Assembly: GCA_965112735.1 (NCBI GenBank)
Contig: OZ218956.1
Location: 372,001 to 436,000, forward strand
Source: Phaeosaccion multiseriatum
Taxonomy: Eukaryota > Protista > Ochrophyta, other classes
DNA length: 64,000 nt
Reading direction: 5' to 3'
The notes beneath the pieces are model-generated. The model saw only the letters and a list, made by a program, of their open reading frames with translations, did no database searches and had not been told where the DNA came from. The translations under genes were made by a program, and so were the position numbers. Shown piece after piece: positions 1 to 12,416 of the stretch (positions are counted from its first letter, which is position 1; each line of letters starts with the position of its first letter).

Positions 1-3000
1 GGTGAAGACCGGCGGGGCAGCTGTATCACCAACTGCTGCTGCTGCTGCGGGGAATTCGAGCCAAGCGGAAGTGCACAGAATGTCCCCTATTGCTGCTGGA
101 GGGGAAGGGGAAGGCGAAGGGGAAGAGGAAGGATACGAGGACGAGGGATGGGGCAGGCCCACGGAGCGGGTGGAGCGCCACCTGAATATACTTGGCAAGG
201 CAGGCAAGTCCAAGGGGCAACGGGACAAGGCGCGGGACAGTGGGCAGGGGTCCAATCAGAGGAACGATAAGAAGAGCGAGGAGAGGACCAACCTGGACGG
301 TTACACTCAGGTGGTGGGGGGGAGGGGCTACGAATGCAGGGGGCGGCTCAATCAGCTCAGGCAGGAGGAGGAGAGGAGGAAGGACAAGGAGACTAAGAGG
401 GGCAAGCTCTTCGGTCCCGGAGGCCCTGCATTGGACAAGCAGGTGCGTGTGTGCGTGTGTGCGTGTGTGCGTGTGTGCGGGCGTGCGAGGGCTGTTGTTA
501 ATTAGCTTGCTGGCGGCTTGACGGCTTGCTGGCTGAATGGCTGACGGACTGGCTGACTGGCTGACGGAATGGCTGACTGACTGACTGGCTGACTGACTCA
601 CTGCCCCACTGACTGTCTGACTACCTCACTGCCTCACTGCCTAACTGAGTGGCTGACTGACTGACTGACTGACTGACTGACTGACTGACTGACTGACTGA
701 CCGACTCAAACTGCGCAACTGCAAACTCCAAACTGTCACAGGTGTACGACTGCCCCGGGGCGAGGTGGTGGCGGGCAAGTGGCGGGCGCTTCTATGTAGG
801 GGGGATGGCACTGTACGACTTCCAGGCAACACAAGACGCCCTACCAGACAGCTCCACCTTCCTCTTCTTGGGTGGGTCATTGAATGGGTCATTGGTTGGC
901 CCACTCGTTGCCGTGATTGGGTCGTTAGGTGGCTTTGATTGGGTGGTCGAGTAGCTTGGGTGGTGCGCGGGTGATGGCTGGGGCAGTCGAAGAACCGCCT
1001 CACAACGCGGAAGGCGTTACACATGCGTTACATTAACGAAACGCGGAACACAACATACCCTGTACCTTCCATTGGACACGCACGCACTCACACGCGCACA
1101 CGCACACGTAGACGCACACGCACTCACGATCAGTCTCCCTTCCCCTCCCCCTGCCCTGCCCTGCCCTTTGACTTGGACGAATGCTTGGACAGCTTTCATG
1201 GAGCTGTACCGCCTCGGCGGAATGTTCGCGGACCTCACCACCTTCCATCTCCAGGCCCTCCCCAGGGGGGCAGTAGGGTACGCCACAGCTCGGAAACCAG
1301 TACTACCCGCATCGGTTCCGGACTGTTCCATTCCGACCACCCGCCGTCGGAAGCACCACCCTTTGCTGCTGCGGTACCCCCGGGGACACCCCGTCCCCAA
1401 GTGTATGTTGGAGGAATACGATGATGAGGAGTCCACCCTCGGGAGGTGTCTGAGGGACACGGGCACCCTGCCATTGCCACGCAGCGGGGAGGGGGACGAG
1501 GAGGGGGGAGGGATGGGAGGGAGAGAGAGCGGGGACGACGGCTTCGACTGTGTGGTGCAGGTGCTCGCTCAGTGTCATGAGGTGAGGAGGAGGCTGGGGT
1601 GCCTGTGTTTGGGTACCCTTTAGTATGTGTGATTGGGTAGCTATACCTGTAACTTGTTTGGCAAGTATGTCCCTGTCTGGCCCTTCCCTTCTGTGCCTCC
1701 TACCCCATTCACTCCCTCCCTCCTTTCACTTCTTTCACTCACTCACTCACTCACTCACTCACTCATTCATCACTCAGTCCTAACTCACTCAGTCCTCACT
1801 CACTCACTCACTCCTCACCCACTCAAATACTCACTCACTCATACCTTGGCCCTTTTCGCTCCGTCCCCTCTTATCGTCTCCTCCCCTCCCCCTTCCCTCC
1901 CCCTCCCTCCCCTCCCCTCCCCTCCCCTCCCCTCCCCTCCCCTCCCCTCCCCTCCCCTCCCCTCCCCTCCCCTCCCCTCCCTCCCCTCCCTCGCTGTTGT
2001 GTGCCGTGTAACCCGTGCCCCTCACTCCCAACCCAATACTCACAACTGGCATCTTAGGCCCTGGGTGTGCCGAACACACTTATGAAGGAGGTGGAGTGGC
2101 TCGGCTGCCAAGCCCACAAAGTCGACGCTCTCTACAAACATGAGGAGGTGGGTACTTGTGTGTGTGCGTGCGTGCGTGCGCGTGTGCGTGCGTGCGTGCG
2201 CGTGTGCGTGCGTGCGTGCGCGTGTGCGTGTGTGTGTGTGTGTGCATCTCGCTACGTCTCCCTACGTCTCGGTCGAGCTTGAGCTTAACGTGTGAGCTTA
2301 ACGCGTGAGCTATCCACCCCTATCCACCCCTATCCACCCCTATCCACCCCTATCCTCCTCCTCTCAACCCGGCCTCGTCACGGGCCTGGTCACTGGTCAC
2401 TCGGCCTGGTCACTGGTCACCCGGTTCTCGCTTTTTACCCCTTCAGGGGGGTGAAGGGCCGGTGGTTTCCGCTTCGGCTGTCGTGATGGGCAGCAAAGTG
2501 AGCGACGGCTTCTGGGAGAAGGCGGAGGAGGGAAGCTTCTTCGACAGGGCCTTCAAAGCTCTGAAGCTCGACAAATGGGCTCCCCAGCAGGTCGGTCGGT
2601 CGGTCTGTCTGTCTGTCATTCTGTCTGTCTGTCTGTCTGTATTTCTATCTGTGTATCCGTCTGTCTGTCTGTCTGTCTGTCTATCTGTCTGTCTGTCTGT
2701 CGGTCGGTCGGTCTGTCTTTATCTATCTGTCTGTCTATCTGTGTATTTGTCTGTCTGTCAATCTGTCTGTCTGTCAGTCGGACTGTATGTCTATCTGTCT
2801 GTCTATCTGGCTGTCTCTCTGTCTCTCTGTTTTATCTGTAGAACATATTTAATTAACACAAGCTCATTTCTTCCCAACCGTTCCGTTTTTCCTTCCTTCT
2901 CTTCCTTCTCTTCCTTCTTTCCTTCCCGAACATTCCGTTTTTCCTTCCTTCCTTCCTTGTCTTCCTTCTCTTCCTTTTCCCTCTCTCTCAGATTGACCCC

Positions 3001-6000
3001 CAGTGCCGGCTGTCGTGCACTCCGTTCAAATCCCCCTCCACACCAGAGGCCAAGCTCCTACGCATGAGGAGGAAGGAGGAGGGTCGTGGAGTAGGGGCGC
3101 CAGGGGGGGAGCCTGGGCCGTTTTCTGAAACGCCGAAGGGTCTCGCAAAGGCGGCACTGAACTGTGCTCCAACCATCTTTGTGCCGGGGACGCAGAAGGG
3201 GGCGAGTACCTTTGTGTTTCACGCCATCGCCTCTCACCCACAAGTGCTCATGCCGCTGAGAGGAGCACACGTCTTCAAGGAGACGGGAAGGTTCGTGTGT
3301 GCGTGCGTGCGTGCGTGCGTGCGTGCGTACGTGCGTGCGTGATGTTTGAGGATGATTGTTTATGGAATTAGATTAGGAAAGGGGGGGGAGGGAGGGAGGG
3401 AGGGAGGGAGGGAGAGAGAAAAAGACAGATGGATGTCGTGATGTTTGAGGATGATTGTTTATAGAATTAGATTAGGAAAGGGGGGAGGGAGGGAGGGAGG
3501 GAGGGAGGGAGGAGGAAAAAGGACGGATGGATGTTGTTTTTCTCGTTTACTGTCTTTTGCTCTCTCCCTCCCTCCCTCCCTCCCTCTGTCTCTTTCTTTC
3601 TCGTTCTCCCTCTCTTCATTTTCTCACCTCTCCCCTCGCCGCGCCGCTCTTTTGCCTGCCAACGTCCTCTCTTTCTCTCTCCCCCCCCGCCCCCCTCCTT
3701 CTCCTCCTCCTCCTCCTCCTCCTCCCCCCTCTCAGCTACCTGCCCAGCAAAAAGAACGACGGGCGGCTCGACTACCGAACCTCGGCCTTCCCCTTCATCG
3801 ACGAAGGAGAGAACTTTGTTTCCGGCGACGGCACCGTGGTCTACATGAGCAGGCCTTACGTACGTAGTACTACGTAGTATCATCTATCATTACGTGGCCA
3901 TGACGTAACACTACCATGTGTAATCTCCTTTTGCTCCTGATCCTCCTCCTGATCCTCCTCCTCCTCCTCCTCCTCCTCCTCCTCCTCCTCCTCCTCCCTA
4001 TCCTCCTCCCCCTCCCTATCCTCCTCCTCCTCCTCCTCCTCCTCTTCCTCCTCCTCTTCACCCTGTTCCACCCCCCCTATGCCCTGTATCACCAACAGGT
4101 GGTGGAGCTGATACACCAAGACAACCCCAACGCCAAGATAGTGTTTGCCCTGCGCAACCCCTCTGAGAGGGCATGGTCTGACTATCTGTTCCTGCTCGCA
4201 CCGCATAGGGAGAAGGACATTGTCTTCCCCAGCCTCGTGCTTGACACCGTGGGCTGGCTTGATGTAAGTGTGTGTGTGTGTGTGTGTGTGTGTCTTTGTG
4301 TGAGTACTTGTGTGTGTGTGTGTGTGCGTGTGCCTCCATACGTGTCATGTCCATACGCCTGCAGAATTCCTCTCTCTCCCTGCTCTATGCCTGTCCGTCT
4401 TCCCATATCCCTCTCTCCCTACCCATCTGTCTCTCCACCCCTGCCCATATGCCTGTCCTGACACCCCCCCGCCCTGCCCTCAAGGCCTGCTTCTTGGACT
4501 CCTCGGGCTTGCGCGTGGCTGACTCTGAGGGTGTGAAGACGCTGTACGACCCGCGCTGTGTCGTGGGCAAGACCGACCCCGGTGATGTTCTGAGGAAGGG
4601 GCTCTACATCTATCAGGTATGCGGTGTCAGGACAGTGGGTGGGGGGGGGGGGGGAGCGGCGTCTGAGGACAGTGGATGGGTGCGTGGGTGGGTGGGTGGG
4701 TGGGGAGGAGGGGGTTTGGACATTCAGTGGGTGGGAGGGTGGATGGGTGGGTGGGTGTGGCTGGTGCTACCTCTGCCCGGGCCTTGCTGAGCAACTCTTG
4801 CTGAAGATGCACAAAGGGCAGATAGACAGGCAGACAGACAGACAGACAGACAGATAGACAGATAGACAGGCAGACAGACAGACAGACAGACAGACAGAGA
4901 GAGAGCGCACTTGACTTACGGCCCGACTGAGTGCTGAGGTTGACTCACTCCATCCCATTAGAGGGAGAAAGAGAAGAGACACTGAGTGCGCAGTCCCATC
5001 CTGTCCATTCTGAGGGCCGCCCACTCGCCTCCTATCCCCCCATTATGTCGACGTCGATACCCCGTGTGGATGTCGATATGAACAGGTCCTGCATTGGATG
5101 AACCACTTCGGAAAGGAGAACGTCATGGTCATAGACACAGGTGCGTGGGTGCGTGTGTGCGTGGGTGCGTGGGTGCGTGTGTGCGTGGGTGCGTGGGTTC
5201 GTGGGTGCGTGTGTGCCTTTGCTGATGTCAGGACCAGGTGACGTCATGATAGTCTGCACTGTGCCGCCCGTCCCGTGGGTACAAGTGGGTCCCGGCTGTT
5301 CAGTCGGTGCTCAGTCTTTCATTGTTTTGACTGTCGATCTTTGCACTCACTGACTGTCTACCTTTGTGCTCACTGACTGTCCACATTTGCACTCACTGAC
5401 TGTCCACCTTTGCACTCACTGACCGTCCACCTTTGCACTCACTGACTTACTGTCCACCTTTGCACTCACTGACTGTCCACCTTTGCACTCACTGACTGTC
5501 CACCTTTGCACTCACTGACTGTCCACCTTTGCACTCACTGACTGTCCACCTTTGCACTCACTGACTGTCCATCTTTGCACTCACTGACTGTCCACCTTTG
5601 CACTCACTGACTGTCCACCTTTGCACTCACTGACTGTCCACCTTTGCACTCACTGACTGTCCACCTTTGCACTCACTGACTGTCCACCTTTGCACTCACT
5701 GACTGTCCACCTTTGCACTCACTGACTGTCCACCTTTGCACTCACTGACTGTCCACCTTTGCACTCACTGACTGTCCACCTTTGTGCTCACTGACTGTCC
5801 ACCTTTGCACTCACTGACTGACTGTCCACCTTTGCACTCACTGACTTACTGTCCACCTTTGCACTCACTGACTGTCCACCTTTGCACTCACTGACTGTCC
5901 ATCTTTGCACTCACTGACTGTCCACCTTTGCACTCACTGACTTACTGTCCACCTTTGCACTCACTGACTGTCCACCTTTGCACTCACTGACTTACTGTCC

Positions 6001-6271
6001 ACCTTTGCACTCACTGACTGTCCACCTTTGCACTCACTGACTGTCCACCTTTGCACTCACTGACTGTCCACCTTTGCACTCACTGACTGTCCACCTTTGC
6101 ACTCACTGACTGTCCACCTTTGCACTCACTGACTTACTGTCCACATTTGCACTCACTGACTGTCCACCTTTGCACTCACTGACTGTCCACCTTTGCACTC
6201 ACTGACTTACTGTCCACCTTTGCACTCCGTGCGCTCTCCGCTCGGCTCTGTACTAATTTGGCACGTTTGTT

Positions 6272-6303
<32 letters not shown>

Positions 6304-7106
6304 CGTGTGTGTGTGTGTGTGTGTGCTTGACCCCCGATAGGCGAGCTGAAGAGAGACCGCAGCGGTGTGCTGGAGGAGATGTACCGCTTCCTCGGCCTAT
6401 GCCCCTTCGACGTGTCGCAGCTGTCAGAAGGTAGGGCGGGAAGGGGGGATGGCAGTAGATGGGGAGAAGGGGGATGGCAGTAGATGGGGAGAAGGGGGAT
6501 GGCAGTAGATGGGGAGAAGGGGGGGGGGAGGGATGGCAGTAGATGGGGAGAAGGGGGGGGAGGAGGGATGGCAGTAGATGGGGAGAAGGGGGGGGAGGAG
6601 GGATGGGGAGAGGGGGGGGAGGAATGGCAGTAGATGGGGAGAAGGGGGGATGGCAGTAGATGGGGAGAGGGGGGGATGGCAGTAGATGGGGAGAGGGGGG
6701 GGGAGGAGGGACGGCAGTGGGCGGAGCGGGTAGGCATGGCTGAGCAAGGAGCTGCTTCGACGCGGGGCTGTGTGAGACCTTTCACTGACTTACGGTCATT
6801 CTAAGTCGGTACATGTGCACTTATTTTCCTGCCGCCTGCTTCATTCGTTGGCTCCCTCCCTCCCTCCCTCCCTCCCTCCCTCCCTATCTACTGCCATCCC
6901 TCCCTCCCTCTGCAGGGGATCGGAATGTCACTCCCGACACCGAAGTCCTCCCCACGGAGAGCATGACGGAGGAGGTCTTTTTGGCGTTACAGAAATTCTA
7001 CCGCCCCTTCAATGAGAAGCTCTACGGCCTTATTGGGCGGGATTTGGGGTGGGAGAGCGCTGACTACAAGACCGTCATGGGGAAGAGCGCTGCCCATCCG
7101 CCGTGA
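1..7106 (+). CDS. Multi-exon GT32-like (alpha-1,4-glycosyltransferase-like) domain fused to a heparan-sulfate-type sulfotransferase domain; 5' partial
   Basis: Phase-consistent GT-AG exons at ~1-442, 742-871, 1193-1581, 2058-2147, 2447-2590, 2992-3290, 3737-3859, 4099-4263, 4485-4616, 5086-5140, 6341-6430, 6916-7106. Sulfotransferase motifs: PTIFVPGTQKGAST..HPQV..KE (5'-PSB loop), KIVFALRNPSERAWSDY (3'-PB), KGLYIYQVLHW, YRFLGL, LQKFYRPFNEKLYGLIGRDLGW. N-terminal LYRLGGMFADL and RGHPVPKCMLEEY resemble GT32. Confidence 0.85.
3339..3535. repeat. Intronic ~97-bp tandem duplication (2 copies)
   Basis: gtgatgtttgaggatgattgtttat.gaattagattaggaaagggggg(ggga)n occurs at ~3339 and ~3438. Confidence 0.85.
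5331..6226 (+). repeat. Intronic 23-bp minisatellite, ~38 copies (CTGTCCACCTTTGCACTCACTGA)
   Basis: Directly visible head-to-tail array with occasional +CTTA/+CTGA variants and no unique spacers. Confidence 0.97.
6444..6720 (+). repeat. Intronic ~26-bp G-rich minisatellite (GGGGGATGGCAGTAGATGGGGAGAAG), ~9 copies
   Basis: Tandem units directly after the 6431 donor. Confidence 0.9.
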
Positions 7107-8638
7107 GGGAGGATCCTTGGTTAGCAAGTTGGTTATAGCCACAGGCTGGTAGTCGTCGTCGCTAGCGAGGAAGGGGCAGCGACAAGTCCGCACAGCTCGG
7201 CATCTCTCCCTGCAGCCACTACCGCACCACTTCGCACATTCCGTCATGTGCAGCTGTACCACCAACTGCTGCACCACTGCTGCAACCCTGGGGGGGCGAA
7301 GGTGGGGGGGGCTTTTCATCCCGGCAGGCCAGAATGAAGGGAGTGAAGCGAGTGAAGGGAATGAAGGGAGTGAAGGGAATGTGTGTTGCGAGTAGAGCGC
7401 CTCCCCGGGGGGGCGATGAACAAGAGGACAAGAGATCAACTGACACCTCTGCGTCCGGAAGGTTTCCGAGTAAGTCACACACGCACCCACAGACACGCTG
7501 CGCTCCTTCCGGAGAGTTGAGAGGCAAGAGGCAGGGGCACGCACGGACGGGATCGGCGCACGCACATGCGTCGCTTGCGTTTGCGCTTGGGGCGGGGGCG
7601 GGCGAATGAAGGCCAGAAGACCTCAAGGCCATAGGTATCGTGGTCTGTGCCCTGGTGCTGCGTGGCGAGGACAAGGAGGGCAAGTCCGAGTCCTGGCACC
7701 AGCACCAGCACCAGTTGGTGATACAGCACCAGCACCAGCACCAGCACCAGCACCAGCACCAGCAGTTGGTGATACAGCAGCAGGTGAACAGATGTGGCCG
7801 TATCCCCTTATGACCGTTCTTGCTCCCACACCTGACTGACTGACACCAAGTACTGTACTCACTGACTGACTGACACCAAGTACTGTACTCACTCAATGAC
7901 TGACTGACTGACTGACTGACTGACTGACTGATTGACTGACTGGTGTGGAGGAGGACGGAGGAGAGAGTTTCTGTGCCTGCGGGGCAGGGCAGTGGCTGCG
8001 GGTGTGAGGATGAGAGGGGGATGAAGGAAGGAAGAGAGGAGAGGGAGGGAGAGGCGAATGAACAAAGGAAGAGAGAAGAGAGAGAGGCGAATATACGAAG
8101 GAAGAGAGAAGAGAAAGAGGCGAATATACTAAGGAAGAGACAAGAGAGGGACGAATATGGGGCCGTGGGAGGGAGGGTAGAAACAAGAGGGGCAGGCAGG
8201 CGGACAGGCAGGCAGGGAGGGAGGGAATGAATCACAGGAGGAGGAAGGAGGTGCCTGGCCTTTGGCCTTTGTTGAGAAGGCTTTCAACTTTAATAACGAC
8301 TCGCTTCCCGGGGCCCAACACTGGCTGGCTTCGCGAGTGTACACACGCATACACACACACACATACATACACACACACATCTTCGTGGCAGGGGCAGGGT
8401 GCCTGTTCTGTTGTCCACTCCTGGGGAGGTGAGGGGATGGCAGTGGAGGGGAGGGGAGCTGCAGGAACGCTAGGGAGGGATGGCCGAAACAACCCTTCGG
8501 CTAAAAGGCGAAAAGTGCACGTGCGGCATGTACATGACATGTTCCTTCCGTGGTGATGAATTGACGCAATCGACGAGCAACTCCTCGAGGCGGGCGGAGG
8601 GTAGGGAGGGGCTCTATCCTTAGCCTATTCCGTGTTTG

Positions 8639-9254
8639 TTATGTGGCACTGGGTGTGTGAGTGAGTCTGCGGATGGCAGTCTGTGGTCATCCGCCGCCAC
8701 CGGCCACCATCCTTCTTCCCTACTCACTCAGAGCCCTGCACTGGACCCCTGAAGGAGGAGGCACCTCTGCTCAGGGTGGTCGGGAACTGCGACTCTATCG
8801 TTTCCTCGGACTCCTCCTCCTCCTCCCCTCCTTCTCCCCCTCCCCCTCTACCGCGGGCAGAATCAGCCTCGCTGCTGTCCTTCTGCCCCGCCCCCGCCCC
8901 CTCCCCCTCCCTGCCCCCCAGTTGCCTCTGCTGCTGCCGCCGCCACTGCGTCTGCGCCTGGGCCCTTTGCGCGGCTTCGAAGGGGTGCACATCGCCGCCA
9001 TGAGCGCCGACCCCATCGTCCTCATCCTCGTCCTCATCCTCGTCCTCATCCTCGTCCTGTCGCCCGTCCCTCCCAGTATCATCCTCTCTTCGTTGTCGAT
9101 GCCTGGGGGGCTCGCCCCCGTTTCGCCCCTCTCCCTCCCTCTCCTCTTCCTCATCCTCCTCCTCCTCCTCCTCCTGCGGCGGCTGCTGCTGTCGCTGCTG
9201 CTGCTGCCTCTGTCGCTGCTGCCTCTGCAGCCGCTGCTGCTGCTCGTCCTCCTC

Positions 9255-9292
<38 letters not shown>

Positions 9293-10245
9293 TCTGTCGC
9301 TGCTGCCTCTGGCGCTGCCTTTGCTGTTGCCTCTGCTGCTGCTGTCGCTCGACCACGGGGGGACTACTCGTGGCCAGCACCAGGCTCATGTGCAGGGAGG
9401 GGCCCTTGGAGGACAACTCCAAAGGGGCGTTCCCTCTGCTGAAGTGGACGCGCACGGACTCCACATCCGTAAACTCACAGAAGCCTAACACAGCCTTGAC
9501 CTCCTTCAGACCGAACACCACCTGCACCTGTGCGGGGATGGCAGCAGATGGCGGAGGATGGATGGCAGACACAGGGGGGTTTAGCTTGATTGATACGCTG
9601 TCGCTGTCTCTGTCTCTGACTCTGTCTCTGTCTCTCCCTCCCTCCTTGCCCTCCCCCTTCCGGTCTGTGTCTGCCTCTTGTCTGCAGGAGGGAGGGAGTT
9701 TCGTGGGCTGTCTCCCCCTCTATCTCATCGACCATACCCCATCCACTGCCTTCCTCCCCTGCCCCCCGCCGACCCCCTCGCCCCCCCTACTCCTCCTCCC
9801 CCTCCCCTTGCCCCTCCCCCTTGTCGTGCCCCCAGCACACTACATCGCACCTCGCTCTCCTCCGCTTCCTCCTCCTCCTCCTCCTCGTCGCCCCCGTCCT
9901 CCTCTCCTTCCTCGCTACGGGGGGGCACGAAGTGATAGACCTCAAAATCATCGCTGGCGACGCTCATTTCAGATTTGATGGGCGCTTTGAGGGTGGCTCC
10001 CTCGTCGAGGGTTTGTTGTGCAACATAGCGAAAGCTCAGGCGGTCGGCACTTGCTACTAGCGCCGCCTGTTAGTAGGGCCACAGCCCGAGGGGAGGGCGG
10101 AGGGGGGGAGAGGGGAGGGGAGGGAGAGGGAGAGGGAGAGGGAGAGGGAGAGGGAGAGAGAGAGGGAGGGAGAGAGAATGAGAATGAGAATGAGAGGGAG
10201 AGAGAAGAGAGAAGAGAGAGGAAGACACAAGAGATACGGTGAGAT

Positions 10246-10280
<35 letters not shown>

Positions 10281-11619
10281 GTTTAGAGCCAGAACAGCCG
10301 AACTCGGAGAAGAGGGGGCAGGACCTTCATTGCCTTCGTTCGTGACGAGTGGCTGGGCGGCAGCGGCTGCTACGGCTGCCCATACCACTGTGGAAAGGAA
10401 TGGAAGCAACAACAGAATGGAACGGAACGGAATCACGCACGCACGCACGCACACACGCACTCACCTCCGCGGAGCCCGTGAGATGATTGAGCAGGAGGCT
10501 GAGGCGCCGTGGCGGAGTGGACAGCGCACTTGAGCTCTTCTTGTCCCACACAGCGTTGAGGATCTCGCAGTCCTGCATGTTGAAGCGGTGCTGGCGACGG
10601 ATGCCGTACTCACAGTCCATCTGGGGGGAGGGAGGGAGGGAGGGAGGGATATACATGAGAGAGGCACATGCATGCCGCCATTGAGGAGCATCTATGACTG
10701 TGACACGCTCTCACGCCGCTCTGTACCCCCCCCCCCTCATCCACTGCCATCCCATCTACTGCCATCCCTCCCCCTACCCTCCCAGCCACTGCCATCCCAT
10801 CCACTGCCTGACCTCGAGGATGAGCTGCGGCTCGATGTGATGGTCATCTTCCTCCTCCATGGACAGCACAAGGCGGACGATGTTGCGGAGGGAGGACTTG
10901 AACGTGTTCAGCACCGCCTTCGTCAGCACCTGTGGAGGGGATGGCAGTGGATGGGGGGAGGGAGGTGGTAATCACGGGGGCGGGGGATGGCAGTGGACGG
11001 GGGGGGGGGGGGGGGGGTGGAGAGACAGGGAGCAGAGAAACGGAGAGGCTGAGCAAGAGAGAGGGTGAGAGAGGGTGAGAGAGGGGGGGAGAGGGGGGGG
11101 GAGAGGGAGAGGGAGAGGGAGAGGGGGAGAGAGGGAGAGGGAGGGGCAGGGAGGGGCAGCTTGTGTTGTGTTGATGGCAGGAGCGCCCTTGATTCAGCCT
11201 CGAGGTAGTGCTACTTTGTCAGGCCAGACCAGAATGACGGGAGAAATAAAGAGACGGGAGGAAGCTTGTCACTCATTCACAACTCATTGTTTTCACAAGC
11301 GCGCCGCAGCGTCTCCGTCCTCTGTCGCCAGGCACTGTCGTCAGGCACTTCTCTGCTCTGCTTGGCTCTGCTCGGTTCGGCTCGGCTCTGCCCTGCTCTT
11401 TTTCGCTTTGCTCGATTGCTCGGCTCGTTCCTTTAGCTGCCTCTCGTCTCACCTTGCACTTGACAGTGTTCTCTGCCTCCTCCTGCTCTTGGTCTTCCTC
11501 ATCCTCCTCGTCGTCATCGTCGCTCCCGTCGCCCTGGCGCGCAGCAAGCAGTAAGGCAGCAAGGCAAGGCCCGGGAGAGAAGGTGAGTGGGTGGGTGCGT
11601 TCATCTACTTTCGCCCTCC

Positions 11620-11656
<37 letters not shown>

Positions 11657-12119
11657 TACCTGACGGCGCCTGACGGCACGCTTGGGTGGTGCGCTGCAGC
11701 GAAAGCTCTCAAAGAAGCTGTCTCCCTGGAAGGAGAAGACCGTGAAGGCGTTCTTGGACTCGTTGAGCGTTCGCAGGATCAGTTCACCCTCGGTGCCCTC
11801 GATCGTCTGCGGAGGACGGCAGGGGGGTCGGGGGTGGATAAGGGCCCGGCGGGAAAGACAGGACAGTTGCACACGAGGCAAGGGAGAATACTATTCATAT
11901 TGACATCCCTTCCCAACTCACCAGCTCCTTTCCGATCTGCCCCAGGCAGCGGATGGCGCTAGCAAAGGTTCGGACGTTCTTGTGGGGTATCGCCACCTCC
12001 AGCTTGCGCTTAGCTGGGCGCTGTCTCTTGCGCTGCTGCTGCTGCTGTGGCGGCTGTCCTCCGCGTCCGCGACTTGGCCCTGCCTCGCCATCGCTGCTGC
12101 TGGCGTCTTTATCAGGCAT
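8639..12119 (-). CDS. RAD9: Cell-cycle checkpoint clamp protein RAD9 (9-1-1 complex), multi-exon
   Basis: Spliced exons give KNVRTFASAIRCLGQIGKEL, LILRTLNESKNAFTVFSF..SFFESF, MDCEYGIRRQHRFNMQDCE, IKSEMSVASDDFEVY, VFGLKEVKAVLGFCE..VHFSRGNAPL..LHMSLVLAT, matching the Rad9 PCNA-like fold. Acidic/polyQ tail. Probable last intron after GGCTCTGA|gtgagt with stop at 8639; otherwise stop at 8724. Confidence 0.9.
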
Positions 12120-12301
12120 CTCTTTCCTCGTTCCCGCTGATCTCCGTTCCCTCTCCCTCCCCCTCCTTCTCTCGCTCCCTCCTTCCCTCACACCCTTCCT
12201 CTCGCCAGACGGTGGGAAGCGGAGCTTCTCTTGTCTCTTGTTTCCCTCGCTCTCTTGCTCTTTCTTTCTTTGGTCTATTTAATCTCTCTCTGAACCCTCG
12301 C

Positions 12302-12313
12302 TGGCGCGCGAAA
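12302..12313 (-). promoter_or_regulatory. E2F-like site (TTTCGCGC) in the RAD9 divergent promoter
   Basis: TGGCGCGCGAAA matches the TTTSSCGC consensus ~190 bp upstream of the RAD9 ATG. Short motif, so function is inferred. Confidence 0.4.
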
Positions 12314-12416
12314 TTTGTATTCTGCCGCGCGTTGATGAGGGAGCGGAAACCAAGCTTATCTCCCCCCCCCCCTGTCTCAACACAGAGAGTGTAAATTAGC
12401 GAGAAGAAAGAGAAGT

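Noticed and set aside
5331-6226. CRISPR-like appearance of the 23-bp (and 22-bp, 33-bp) arrays
   Set aside because: Units are head-to-tail with no unique spacers, lie in spliceosomal introns, and no cas genes are present.
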